Shown here: in pieces, positions 35,229 through 46,711 of the stretch
Numbering within the stretch: the first letter of the stretch is position 1
Layout: the number at the start of each line of letters is the position of its first letter
DNA from: Guillardia theta CCMP2712
Taxonomy: Eukaryota > Protista > Cryptophyta
Assembly (NCBI RefSeq): GCF_000315625.1
Contig: NW_005434659.1
Location: 435,714-499,713, forward strand
Length of the DNA stretch: 64,000 nt
Direction: 5' to 3'
The notes under the pieces: model-generated
Told to the model about the DNA's origin: nothing
Databases searched by the model: none
Seen by the model: the letters and a program-made list of their open reading frames with translations, nothing else
Translations under genes and position numbers: made by a program

Positions 35229-36806
35229 TCATATGTCACCAGACTGGTCAAACTCAGCGTCATTGTTGTCATGACCAAGTTTAGGCATGTTAAACACAAA
35301 GCGATCCGCTCCGCCCGCGCTGCTGATTTCAAGCCTGCTCAAGAATTCTGCGAGGTCCAGATAGATCCTGCGGTAGTGAGCCACGGACTCTCGTTGCCGA
35401 GCATCTGTCGTCCTGCCCATTTCGGTCAACATCCTTGCCAACTCTATCTCAGTGAGAAAGGCCCAAGGCTTTCCACATTTCTCTGATGTATGCTCCCACC
35501 CTGAGGTGGACTTCCTGATGCAGGCGGCAACGTAGGGTTGTGGGTACATGTTTGATCTCGCTGGATGTGTAAATTTGTCTGCTGGCACTGCAAATCCTCG
35601 AGATGACAACTCTCGACCCAGCTCGTTGGCAAAGAACATAACCTGAGCATGCAACAACCTCGCCAAGTGACCCTCAGGGCTCTCTTGCTGCTGCAGACCA
35701 CCACTCTGATTACTTACAGGCGTAAGAATGCTGGTCGGATTGGCTGTATAACCTGAGATGATTGCCCCAGCATACTGTGGCTTCATGTCTGGAAGAGGCC
35801 AATCGGCTTTGGGCATTCCACCTACCTTCCTCCAACCCCTACTTGCCATGCGGATCCCATTGCCTGGATTGCCTCCTCCATAAAACTCACGGTACCACTT
35901 GCCGAAATCTCTTCTCAGCCTTTCGAGAGCTCTTTGAGAGAACTGATCCGACAAGCAAGGGGTCAAGAAATAGTCAGAATGCATCAGAAGAAGCTTGTTG
36001 GTCGTATTGATTGCTGGCGCAAGGTCCAGCACCACATATGTAGCTCCAACTGAGTACGCCGCCCTCCAGATCTGATGAAAGAGAATTCCAGGACAATTAT
36101 GCAGTTCTGCAGCCTCTTGACCCATATTGATCTGTTGGAATTTTTGAGTAAGAAAAGCATCAATGCGTTCAAACTCTTCTCCTGCAGCTACAAAAAACAG
36201 GCGCTTGTTGTTCCTAGTTCCTGGACCATCTGGAACCTCGAAAGCATGTGGCACGCAAAGCTCAGCAGTGCCGTTTGTATCTCGGAATTTCCTCGATGCT
36301 GCTTCAAGCGAGATGGAAGAACCCGTGCGGAGGCCCCGTGGCAGCCTTGATGATAAGTAAGCTAAGTAATCGCCTGCTATCTCGTCATGCTGATCTGTGT
36401 AAACGGCCTTGCGAAATGCCAGTTGCAAGAGATTCTGCTGCCCGTCGCAATCGACCATGAGAACCTTGTTGTGTGAATTGCTTGCAAGCGCAAAGGCCAA
36501 GGAATGTGTTGTGGTGGTTTTAGCGACACCTCCCTTGTTGTTCCAGACCACGATGATCTTGGGACGATAGCTTTGAAGGCCTGCCAACTGGGTTGGGCCG
36601 CCTTCCTCCGGTACAAAATGATCCATATGAGTGACTGCGATTTCATGTTTCCTCGGCCGGTTGGTCACAGGTAGTTCCGCAGCTCGCTGATCGTTGGCAC
36701 CAGCTCGTCGTTCCTCACAATCTCGATATTCCGTGAGCGGAAACTCGATCTTCCGCGGTCCAGCGTTAACACGCTGGTAGATGTCATTCTCTGGGACAGG
36801 AGGCAT
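35229..36806 (-). CDS. ParA/Soj/MinD-superfamily ATPase (bacterial-type), intronless, ~525 aa
   Basis: Deviant Walker A IVVWNNKGGVAKTTT, A' motif KVLMVDCDGQQNL, Walker B YVVLDLAP, then SDYFLTPC..DQFS. One open frame; first ATG at 36806. Confidence 0.85.
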   Translation of the reverse strand: MPPVPENDIYQRVNAGPRKIEFPLTEYRDCEERRAGANDQRAAELPVTNRPRKHEIAVTHMDHFVPEEGGPTQLAGLQSYRPKIIVVWNNKGGVAKTTTTHSLAFALASNSHNKVLMVDCDGQQNLLQLAFRKAVYTDQHDEIAGDYLAYLSSRLPRGLRTGSSISLEAASRKFRDTNGTAELCVPHAFEVPDGPGTRNNKRLFFVAAGEEFERIDAFLTQKFQQINMGQEAAELHNCPGILFHQIWRAAYSVGATYVVLDLAPAINTTNKLLLMHSDYFLTPCLSDQFSQRALERLRRDFGKWYREFYGGGNPGNGIRMASRGWRKVGGMPKADWPLPDMKPQYAGAIISGYTANPTSILTPVSNQSGGLQQQESPEGHLARLLHAQVMFFANELGRELSSRGFAVPADKFTHPARSNMYPQPYVAACIRKSTSGWEHTSEKCGKPWAFLTEIELARMLTEMGRTTDARQRESVAHYRRIYLDLAEFLSRLEISSAGGADRFVFNMPKLGHDNNDAEFDQSGDI

Positions 36807-37302
36807 GTCTTCTAACGATGGATCAGGCTTCAAGCTTTCACTACAGTCGACGGTCGTGAGTCGTGCACCCTTGGAGGTGCTGAGACGGCGGGACTCCGGG
36901 GAGCGAAGCCGCGGTACTGCCTAGACTTAAGCAGCGGCTTGACAACGAACCCCTACTGTACTGTGAGTCTAAAACTCGAAGTAGTATACTATGACGGTCC
37001 CATTATAGTTCTCACTGTGACTGGTAACTCAACCTGATTTTAATTATCACAGTACAAGTAGTACCATCAAACATTTTTGATTTCAATACTGTGGGAGTAT
37101 TTTTAAAAAAACCTTGCTGGGAACAGCTATGAAATAAGGTCGCTGGGAACGGTCGTAGTATTGAGCTTTGAGTAAAGTCGGTCAAAAAAAAATTGAGTGA
37201 CTCCAACGCAACGGAAAATGTCAATTAAAAGCAGAGTCAGGGGCCGCTGGCGGGCCTCTCCCGTCCGAGTCACCCGGACCCTGGGCCCGGCTCGGGGTCC
37301 GG

Positions 37303-37316
37303 CATATTTATATAGC
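37303..37316 (+). promoter_or_regulatory. TATA-like element immediately upstream of Tfb2, preceded by a CCGG-rich patch
   Basis: catatttatatag lies ~15-28 nt before ATG 37331. Confidence 0.3.
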
Positions 37317-37330
37317 GCTTATCGGGCTGG

Positions 37331-39261
37331 ATGAGGGTCGTGGAGGACATGGCATGGGAGGTATGCAGGACGGTGGGGGAGCTGCCGGAGAGCGCGTGCT
37401 CGAAGCTCTACGAGAACCAGTGGGCCTGCGTCTCTATGATGAGGCTGATGCCTCCTCTCGGCAGACAGCTGCTCATGCGCCTCGTGCATCTCGGGCAAGA
37501 GCGGGTGGAGCTGCTGCGATGGGTAGACGAGGGAGAGGTTCAGCGACAGAGGTTGGAGGAGGTTGTGAGGAAAATGGAAGAAGTTAAGATTCTGTACTTG
37601 GACGAAGATGTGAAAGAATCAGATGGTGTTTCGGTCAGGATCAATCCAACGTTCAGCGAGAGGATCCTCCAGTTCCTTTTGCAGAGGGATACGTCTCCAT
37701 GGAGCAAGGGAAGGATCATGGGAGATAGTCCGGACACGACGGCTGAGGAGCTCCAACAATGGGCCCAAAATCGATGGGAGAGTATCCTACACTACATGGT
37801 GAGTCCGGGACTAGATCCCATGAAACGGCCCGAGCCAGGATGGAAGCCAACAAAGTGGGTGAGGGGGATTCTGGTAGGGGAGGACAAGAACGGAAATAGC
37901 TTCATGATGTCTCTGCAAAACCTTGCGCCGAAAATCACTGCCTTTGGGTTTCAATTCTTACTTCGTCCTCTTCGCAATCAAATCCTTCAGATGCTGATGC
38001 ACGTGCTCACCAAGAAAGGGTCCGAGAACAAGGACCTTCAGGACAGTCTCTCGTGCATTTTTCAGCTCAGCTTCTGCACTCTTGGGGCGGGATATCGTTT
38101 GGACCTTCTGTCTCGTAGCAACCAGGAGCTGATAACTTCTTTACATGACCTGGGAGCTGTATACTTCAAGCCGAACGATAGACAATACTTCTTCCCAACA
38201 CCACTGATCGTCAATCTTTGCACAGAAAGTGAAGTTCCATCAGGGCCCTCGACAGACGCAGGTCTCCAAAGAGTCATACATGACGTGTGAATTTATCGTG
38301 ACTTTGTACGAAGGTGTGGCAGATGAATTCAGCGCAGAGCCTGCAGCTGGGGTGGGGATGGGAAGATGCATAATAGTAGAAACAAATTATCGGATTTACG
38401 CGTATACAACCTCAGCACTACAAGAACAGGTACTTTCGCTTCCTCTCTCTTCTTCTCTCATTCTCATTGCTGACAATTTGTTGGTCAGATCTTGAGGTTG
38501 TTTACTCGGCCGATCTACAAATTCCCGCACATGATTATTGCAGTCATCACCCGGGAGAGTATCAGAAATGCTCTGGTAAGGGGGATTACTGCATCGCAGG
38601 TGCGTCAAATCAAAGAAAGCTTTGTTCTCACTGGATACGTTTGGCTCACTTTATCACCAGATCATCGAATATCTTAGAATGCATGCTCATCCTCAGGTGT
38701 GAATAATCACCTTGTCGTGTTCTGAAAAATGACGTCAACGACAGTGCCTTGAAAACTGGCCTATTGTTCCAGAAGTTGTAACAGATCAGGTGAGGCAGAT
38801 ACAGCTGCAAATGTTGAATGTTGTGCAAGCTGACGCAATCAATAGATCTGTTTTTGGGAACAAGAAAGATGCCGAATTCGTGCGGAACCAGCGGTTCTTG
38901 TCTTGTTCCTGCTTTCTGGTGCCTTTTGACTCGAGCAATGTGTAGGTTGCGTATCATAATTTTTTCAGTGGGGAGGCTCATAGAGCGGTGTGCTGCTTTG
39001 TCTTCTCTTTTTCGCGTCCCATGACATGGCTTGTCTCGTACCAACAGTGCGAGAAAGAAGCGCGCAGGTTGAAATTCAACGACAAGGGACCTGGCGAAGT
39101 TGCCAAGCGCGAAGCTTGCTTGTACAGCGACACCAGCGAACAGCTACTTGTAATCTTTCAACTTGTTGAACATGCGCTTGTTTCTCACTGCTGAGTAGGT
39201 GGTTCCTGAAGCTGCTGATCCCCTCATTCGCAAATTTATTGAAACGTCAATAAACGAGTGA
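37331..39261 (+). CDS. TFB2: TFIIH subunit p52 (Tfb2/GTF2H4); multi-exon
   Basis: KLYENQWAC, RWESILHYMV, ITAFGFQFLL, IIVETNYRIYAYT, ITRESIRNALVRGITASQ|IIEYLRMHAHPQ and PEVVTDQ. Confidence 0.92.
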
Positions 39262-39901
39262 CGCGAGTGACTTTCTAGCCTATCACCTTGAGCTTCAAGA
39301 GGCCTCGTGCACTTGCTCAGCTCATAGCAAATTACTCGTCACCTCGGCAAGAGTATGATGAATGAAATGCTTACAGCCATGACTGACAGACTGCCGAGGG
39401 TGTGACTTACTTTTGCCCAGCGCACCCTCATCGAAGTGCAGACTCATTGTAACTTTTTAAGTTCTCGTCGATGCTTCTCCGACAAAGGCACCATAGAAAA
39501 TCAAGCAGCTTTTCATACAAAGTCTCATTTGATTCTATTTGTATTCGAATCTTCTGAACAGCAACATCCATTGTACTTGCAGACACCGGAATGCAATACC
39601 CGCTGAGTCCGGGAAGTGAATGCAGTGTAGCATCTGACAATCTACTCTGTCTGAGTTGAAACTGACATGCATCTTGCTTCTCATATCACACGTCGAGGTC
39701 TTGTCTTGCATTTCATTCAGCAGCATGCCATTCATCTATGGCATCACTCAAACGGTCCAATTCAAATTCCGTAGCCCGGACCTACCTAGAACCCCGACCC
39801 CCCTCTATACTATTGACTACCCCCATCTTCTCCCTACATAGCGACCTCTGTGAGGTAGTCAGATTCGGCCAGGTTTGAATTCACCGAAGAGCGGCATAAA
39901 T

Positions 39902-41188
39902 ATGCTGTCGGCGGCACATGGCGTCAAAGCGAAGAGGAGCAGCACGATGGACGTCATGAGCACCATTCTTGAAGAGACGCGCAGAATATCAACCTCTTCT
40001 CTCTCATCATCTCAGCTTGATCAAGATATCAGCTCGGATGATTTAGAGTCATGTCTTTATAATACAATCAGTGGATTGATCTCTACAGATTCAACCCCAA
40101 TCAAGCAGTCAAGCTCAGATTTCTCGGTCGATGAATCAAATTTCGAAATCGAAGTTGCACGAAGAAGAATTCTCGACTTGGCCCAGAAGATTGGTCTCTA
40201 TGTGTTTTCATGCCTCATGGCTGGGAATGACAAACAAGAGGTAAGAAGTATACTTGTAGATTTCTTGAAGACGTCTCGGGGAAACGGCAGCAACTTGAGC
40301 TCCTCAGCAACCGAAGGGACAAGTGAAGATTTTCAAGATGAGATGGATTCTGGTATCGACCACTTTTCATCGACCAGCGAACTGGATAGTAGTCTCAGTT
40401 TCGAGGATGAAGTCGACAGCAGATTGTGTTCTACACCAGACTCTGTCAAATATATGGTTCCAACGAGTTCAATCAAAGTCAACAATATGCTAGATTATGA
40501 CCGCTCATCTGTATGCTCGAAGGAACATTCATCATCAAAACAATCCGGCGAGATATACCGTTGCTTTGAAGCATCTGGCAGAAACAAGTCTGATGATAAG
40601 AATTCAAACAGAGGGAGCATATCGGAATTCATCGCAAACCTCGGTACAATATTTCCGGAGCTTCTTGAATCATATCACTCTCAACCGTCTCGCACGAATC
40701 AACAAGACACAAGCATGGATACGGATGCTGATATGCCTGAGGCGTGTGATATTGGGTCAAACACAAAGAAAGACTCTAGTGACATGTCATTGTGCTCCTC
40801 GCCTGCAAAGTTATCAAACAAGTCGAACTTTGATCGAGCAAAGTCTGATTCTTCGATCGTTTCGGCAAACATGCAGTCAGTCGACCGACTCACCGAGGAT
40901 GAAAACAGCTCACACTCGATGGAGATTGCATCGCACATGGTCAATGAGGTTAACGCAAGCATCATGACATCTTTGAGCTATGCCAAGAGCGTTCTCAGCG
41001 ATTCCTACAAGCCAAGCGGCCTGATGTGTGCTGTGCAGAAACAGACTCGAAGGAGTGCAAGAAAGAGAATGAGACCTTTGCAGTTCTGGAGGCATGAAAG
41101 GATCGAGTACCAGAGGAAAAATGGTTCAGTAGTTCCTGAAATATCGTGTATCTTCGTCCTGACGCCGAACTCAAAGAAACGCGCGTAG
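39902..41188 (+). CDS. Ser-rich disordered protein with C-terminal CENP-C motif (CENP-C or KNL2-like centromere protein)
   Basis: TRRSARKRMRPLQFWRHERIEY matches the CENP-C motif (RRS.R.R..PL.YW..ER..Y). The remainder is low-complexity S/D-rich sequence. Confidence 0.75.
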   Translation: MLSAAHGVKAKRSSTMDVMSTILEETRRISTSSLSSSQLDQDISSDDLESCLYNTISGLISTDSTPIKQSSSDFSVDESNFEIEVARRRILDLAQKIGLYVFSCLMAGNDKQEVRSILVDFLKTSRGNGSNLSSSATEGTSEDFQDEMDSGIDHFSSTSELDSSLSFEDEVDSRLCSTPDSVKYMVPTSSIKVNNMLDYDRSSVCSKEHSSSKQSGEIYRCFEASGRNKSDDKNSNRGSISEFIANLGTIFPELLESYHSQPSRTNQQDTSMDTDADMPEACDIGSNTKKDSSDMSLCSSPAKLSNKSNFDRAKSDSSIVSANMQSVDRLTEDENSSHSMEIASHMVNEVNASIMTSLSYAKSVLSDSYKPSGLMCAVQKQTRRSARKRMRPLQFWRHERIEYQRKNGSVVPEISCIFVLTPNSKKRA

Positions 41189-41727
41189 CATTTTCATGAG
41201 CCAAAAAAGGCGATGAAGAGCTTTCGACTTGTTGATGCTCATATTAATATTCTCTCGCAAACAGTGACTTGTCTGAAGTTGAATGTTGCTATTACAAAGC
41301 AGTGATTAGAAACAACTATGAATACCATGGAAGTTGAAATTTGATCTGCACAAAGATTAGTCGTTCATGTAAGGAATCTTATACCTTGGACAAGCATTAC
41401 ATTTTCATATCCTGCAAAGCATTTAAACCCTGCCCTCTATTCTTTGAATTACCTGCTGTTGCGAAACAAAAGTTTTTCGAGGGGACTGATTTCATGTTCT
41501 TTGAATTCAATGATCTGCAAACTCAAGTCAGAATATCAAAGTCTCTGCGCAGGTCAAGCTTCCTGCATGCGAGGGATCCCGTTGTTGTCTAAGACTACCA
41601 TAGCACACTACAGCAGGACATCAATGACCCGTCCACCCTTTAGAAGAACTCGTCACATCATCGTCATCGTGTTCTATTTTAGTCCGGTCGGGCCTCCATG
41701 TGATGATTGTGAATAGGTAATCCTTCA

Positions 41728-43640
41728 TCAGCTGTCCCGTCGGCGATCCCACCACGACTTCCTTCTGCTCGAACCTCTCTGTTGTGTACGGTCTGCATGG
41801 TGCAAGTGAGTTGTCTCAAACGACATTCCCATGCGCACACACAGGTTCTTTCCATCTCTCACGATGTAACCGGGTCTTCCGACATGCCAGATCTGTTCTC
41901 GTATCGCTCCCCAGCAGCTCTGGAAGGTAGCACGGCCACAAAGCTTGTTCCAACAGAACTCCCCGTCGAGCTTGTCGCCATTGGCAAACGACAACCGACC
42001 CCTCCCGTGCCTGTGGGCAGCCATGAACTCTCCCTGATAGACATCTCCACGGTTGACTCCGCTTGACCAACTAGAAGGTGGAGAAGGAGAAGAGGAGGAG
42101 GAGGAGGAGGAGGAGGAGGAGGAGGAGGAGGAGAAGGACAGGAAGACTAATAAGTCGTGGGACACAAGCGACAGAGGAGTCACCGGTACACTCCCCGCCC
42201 GTCCGCCACTCCATTCATGAACTCTCCCTTGCAACGAGTCAAGACGGCAGGTCAAGGAAATACCATCGGCGGTCGTACCTGATAGCTGCTCCCGTCGGGG
42301 CAGAGAAGCTCGCCTCCTCCCAGCGCTCGATCCATCTTGAAGTGCCCGCTCAACACTGCTCCACTCTTCCTCCTCAGGGTCCCAAAACCATCCTTGGTGT
42401 CAAGAACCCACTCTCCTTCGTACTCCATCCACTGCAACAGCGTCAACAAGCCAGTAACCTCCTCCTCGTCTACTCCACCGAAGTTGACGCGCATCCCTGC
42501 CCATGCCGCAGTCCATTGGCATACTCTCCCTCATACAACATTCCGATCCCCTTTGCCTCCTCCTGCCCCTCTCCTTGTGCCCTCCCAGCTCGGTATTGAC
42601 CAGAGTGAAAACTCCCGTCCTTGCTGGTCGTGACTCCGATGCCCCATCGCTCACCCAGCGCGAACTCTCCTCTGGCCGGGAACACTTCAACCCCAGCTCA
42701 CCCTCAGCACCGACTCACCTGTACACGTCCAAGTTCTCGTAGACCCTGACCCCCTTCCCCTCCTCGAGTCTGTTCCAGTACCCCACGTGTCTCTCAATGC
42801 CGTTGGCCCACACGTATTCTCCCTTCCCTGTCCTCCTGCTGCCAAGTCAACCCGAAGCTGCGGCATGCTGCCATCCTCCCTGACCTCCCTGCCTCGAACC
42901 TCCCGCGGAACTGATCCCCGTTGGCGTACTTCATCACACCCTTGCCGTGAGGCAGCCCCCGTCTCCATTCCCCGTCGTACCTGCAGCCTCGTCAAGGGTC
43001 CGCAGCATGTATGTTTGCGCATACTTGTCTCCGTTCTTAGGAAGCTTGTACTGTGTCGACGTGCTCCTAACAGGCTCCGCATCCTGAGCATCCTGCTTCA
43101 TCTCGTGCTGCCGCGCGAAGCCTCGGTATGGAGGGCAGTGGATAGACCCAGCTTTGCCGAACTTGACCGATCCCTGGAGGGAACGCGTCAGAGGCAGGGC
43201 AGGGCAGGGCAGGGCAGTGCAAGGGAGGACAGGGCAGAGTAGAGTATGGCAGGGCAGGGCAGGGCAGGGCAAAGCTGAGCACCGTGCCATGCGCTTTCCC
43301 GAACTTCCACTCTCCCTCGTAGTGCGTCCCATCGCTGAAGCCCTTGATGACTTTCTGCCCCGGGAACATCAGCGAATGTTCAGCCTGCTCCACCTCCTCC
43401 TTCATGGCCCTCCGCTCCTCCTTGTGCGCTTCCATGGCCCTCCCGTCCTCCACATGCACATCATGGGGCTCCAGCTGGGCGTCTTCGGCCTCTTCCTCGT
43501 CAATGCGCTCGGACATCTGTAGAGAATCGTCATCCAAGATACACAATCCCTCCTCCTCCTCCAGCTCCTCCTCCAGCTCCTCCTCCAGCTCCTCGTCCTC
43601 CAGCTCCTCCTCTCCTAGCTCCTCCTCCTCCAGCTTCTCC
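41728..43640 (-). CDS. MORN-repeat protein with acidic N-terminus; multi-exon; start uncertain
   Basis: Repeated YEGEWKFGKAHG, YEGEYANGLRHGQG, YEGEWVLDTKDGFG and YQGEFMAAHRHGRG. Confidence 0.85.
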
Positions 43641-44083
43641 TCCTCCTTTCCCGTGTAGTTGCTCTTCTACTCATTTGAGTTCAATCCATTCGCTTTTCAT
43701 TGCTTCTCATTTCCTCTTCCTTTCCTCTTTCTCTCCCTCTCTCCCTCCCTCCCTCCCTCCCTCCGTCCCTCCGTCCCTCCCTCCCTCCCTCCCTCCCTCC
43801 CTCCCTCCCTCCTCGACTGGTCGAGACTGCATGGCAGGGGAAGGAATGACTAGCTCCTGTCAATCAACCGAAACCCTCGCGCGAGTCAAAATTGAATCCA
43901 GAGAGAGTGAAAATATGAGAATGGTGGGGGAAGGAGAGCGAGCGAGGAGGAAGGAGAGGAGCAGAGGAGAGGGCAAGAGGATGAGACGATGAGACATAGC
44001 ATGAGACACCACGGAGGCCAGGAGGAGGAGGAAGAGGAGGAGGAGGGAGGATAGAGGGTCGACGATTCAACGACGAGCCGACG

Positions 44084-46510
44084 ATGGTAAGGTCGAGCAG
44101 GGGAAAGAAGGCGATGCTGAGGATGATGAGAGACGTGATTTTGCACTCGGACGCAGAATCGTCATCATCCCCAGAGGAGGAAGAGGTAGAAGAGGAAGAA
44201 GAGAAGGAGGAAAAAGGGGAGAAGGAGGAACAAGGGCAAGAACAAGCAGGAGCAGGAGCAGAAGCAGGAGTACCAGGGCGCCACGATAGTAGCTACCCTC
44301 CTCTCAGACCAAGCTGTCGCTGTCAAGGGGATCAGGGAGGCGCAACTCCTGGGATGCTGCTGGAGCTGGTCAGAGATGTCTGCGCGTGCTCGGAGAGCAT
44401 GGCGGAGGAGCTTGCGGATGCGCGCGGGTACGCAGAGCGACTTGAGCTCCGCATGGAGGAGCTGGAGAGGAAGCTCAGGGAGAGAGACTGCGAGATCGCG
44501 TCGATGAAGGAGGAGGAGGAAGGAGCCACCTGCCTGCTCATGGGGCAGGTAAGCACATGCCATAGGAGCCTCGCAGAAGTCGAGGGAATGCTGAGGGATG
44601 CGAGGGAGGAGGCGTCCAGGGCTCGCGGGGCCCTGGAGCAGAGGAGCGCCGAAGTTGTGCAGTTGAGGAAGAGGATCAAGGAGGAGGCGGAGCAGGTAGC
44701 GGCGATGAGGGAGCAGCTCGAGCGCGCAGAGCAGACGAGCATGCTGCAGTCGGCCGTGGCTGAGTGGCGCAGGCACTTGAGCTTGCAGCGAGCGAGGAGG
44801 AGCGAGAGGGAGAAGGAGGGGATGCAGGAGAGGGTTCTGCTGGCGGGCGACCTGCTAAGAGAAGCTGCTGCTGTTGCTCAGGTGGCTCAGCCTCTTCGTG
44901 ACTTTCCATGACCTCTCGGCAGCACATGAAGAGCATCATGGAAGCAGACATGGCAGCCCTGGCGGCCGAACTGAATGCCTCCGGGAGGATGTTCGAGCAT
45001 GTCAACAGCACGCAACAACGTAGCTGCACTTGTCCTTGATAGAGGAGGGAGGAAGGGGAAGGGGTAGGAGAAGGGGGTGAGGAAGGGGTAGGGGAAAGGG
45101 GTGAGGAAGGGGTAGGAGAAGAGGAAGAGGAAGGGGTAGGAGAAGAGGAAGAGGAAGGGGTATGAGAAGGGGAAGAGGAAGGGGTAGGAGAAGAGGAAGA
45201 GGAAGGGGTAGGAGAAGGGGAAGAGGAAGGGGTAGGAGAAGGGGGAAGAGTTGAAGGGTTGACGAGTTTCCTTGCTAGGAGGCGCCAAGATCCTTACAAA
45301 GGTTCTTTCATGCGCGGACCTGACGCAATCTCGCGTGTAGGGAGTCAACGTCTCCCCTGACCCTCCTTGAAGCTCTTGCAACAGATATCAAGTCGAGAGA
45401 GACAACGAGTGCCTCTTCTCTGCTCTTGTCGAGCTGCAGGCGAGTACTTCTTCTTCCTCCTTCCCTTGCTGCATCCCAATCCTACCTCCTCTTCCTCCTC
45501 CTTCTCCTTTCTTCCCGTCCTCCCTGATTCCCCCCTCCCCCCCGCCTTCTTCCCCTTGATCCCTCCTCCTTTCCCCACTGCTGCCTCACCATGCTCTCTC
45601 CTGTTCCTCTCCCTGCTGCTCTCTCAGTCTCCATGACGCATGAGAGCAGGCTGACGTCCTTTCTGCCATCTCGGAGGTGCAGGAGCAGGAGAGAAGCCTC
45701 TGTCGTCAACTTCACGTGAGGGACGATGAAGGTGATGGTGGGTCGCTGCTGTCCTGTGAGCTCCGCGAGTGACAAGGCTCGTGCTGCTCTTGCTCTGCCA
45801 GATGTTGTTCATCTCTCTGTCTCCCGTCGCAGCTCCCACAACATGTCGGCAACCGAGAGGACCGTCCTCTCCGCCTCCCGCGCCTCCCAGCGCCTCTTGC
45901 AAGCAGTCAACAGACCCAGCAAGGTTGTCGAGCATCTCGCTTCCCTCCCTCCTCTCCTCTCCTCTCCTCTCCCTCCTCCTCTCCCTCCTCCTCTCCCTCC
46001 TCCTCTCCCTCCTCCTCTCCATCCTCTTCCTATCCTCAACTTGTTTCCGCTCGCAGCTAGCGCTGATTCAGCGGCTGGTGGACGATCGCAACAGCGCCAG
46101 GAGCCTCTGCAGGTCCGTTGGTGTCAACAGGGTCGAATTGACTGCTGGCTTAGAGACCTCCTGGTCGACGTCAATCTCATGCGCGAGCAGTTTGACAACG
46201 TCAAGACAGAGCTGGAGCTAACCATCCAGATGTTGATGGAGAACCCCTCCTTTCCTTCTCCTCCTGCCTCCCCTGCTCCTGCCTCGTCTCCTCCTGCCTC
46301 CCCTGCTCCTGCCTCGTCCCCTCCTGCCTCTCCTGCTCCTGCTTCTCCAGCGGTCTCTCCGCTGAGGAAAGACCAAGGAGCTTCACCACCACCACCTCCT
46401 CCTCGCCGGCTGTTGTTGGATGTTCTACCCGAGCATGGCGCGTATGACGTGTACCCACATGGCGCGATTCAAGCAGATTTCATTGTGCCGCACTCACGTA
46501 AGAGACCAGC
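44084..46510 (+). CDS. Coiled-coil hypothetical protein; multi-exon; 3' end uncertain
   Basis: E/R/L heptad-rich ORF 44084..44911, with further spliced segments (e.g. LRDLLVDVNLMREQFDNVKTELEL). Confidence 0.5.
45050..45248. repeat. Purine-rich ~24-bp minisatellite (AAGAGGAAGGGGTAGGAGAAGRGG) in an intron
   Basis: About 8 degenerate copies; the minus strand translates as FPFSYPFL repeats. Confidence 0.85.
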
Positions 46511-46711
46511 CCCAGCCCCTCTCCTCAGCCTTCGTTCCAGTGCAGTTAGTCGTCACTGTGGTGGATTTCTTTTCTCTTTCCTTCCACTTCTTTTTCCTTC
46601 ATTGTCGTCGCCTTCTTCGCTTTCTCTTGCTCTTTTCCTCCTCCTCTCACATCCTCTCTTTCTTTCCTCCTCTCCTCCTTTCCTCTCCTCCATCTTCCTC
46701 AACCACTTTGG

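Noticed and set aside
34728-35486. 252-aa + strand ORF overlapping the ParA 3' end
   Set aside because: No motifs and partly antisense to the better-supported ParA frame.
34400-37200. Mobile-element boundaries around the ParA-like gene
   Set aside because: No terminal inverted repeats, target-site duplication, integrase or transposase were found by eye.
45050-45248. Regularly spaced repeat considered as a CRISPR or telomeric array
   Set aside because: Tandem purine minisatellite with no unique spacers, no cas genes and no telomere unit.
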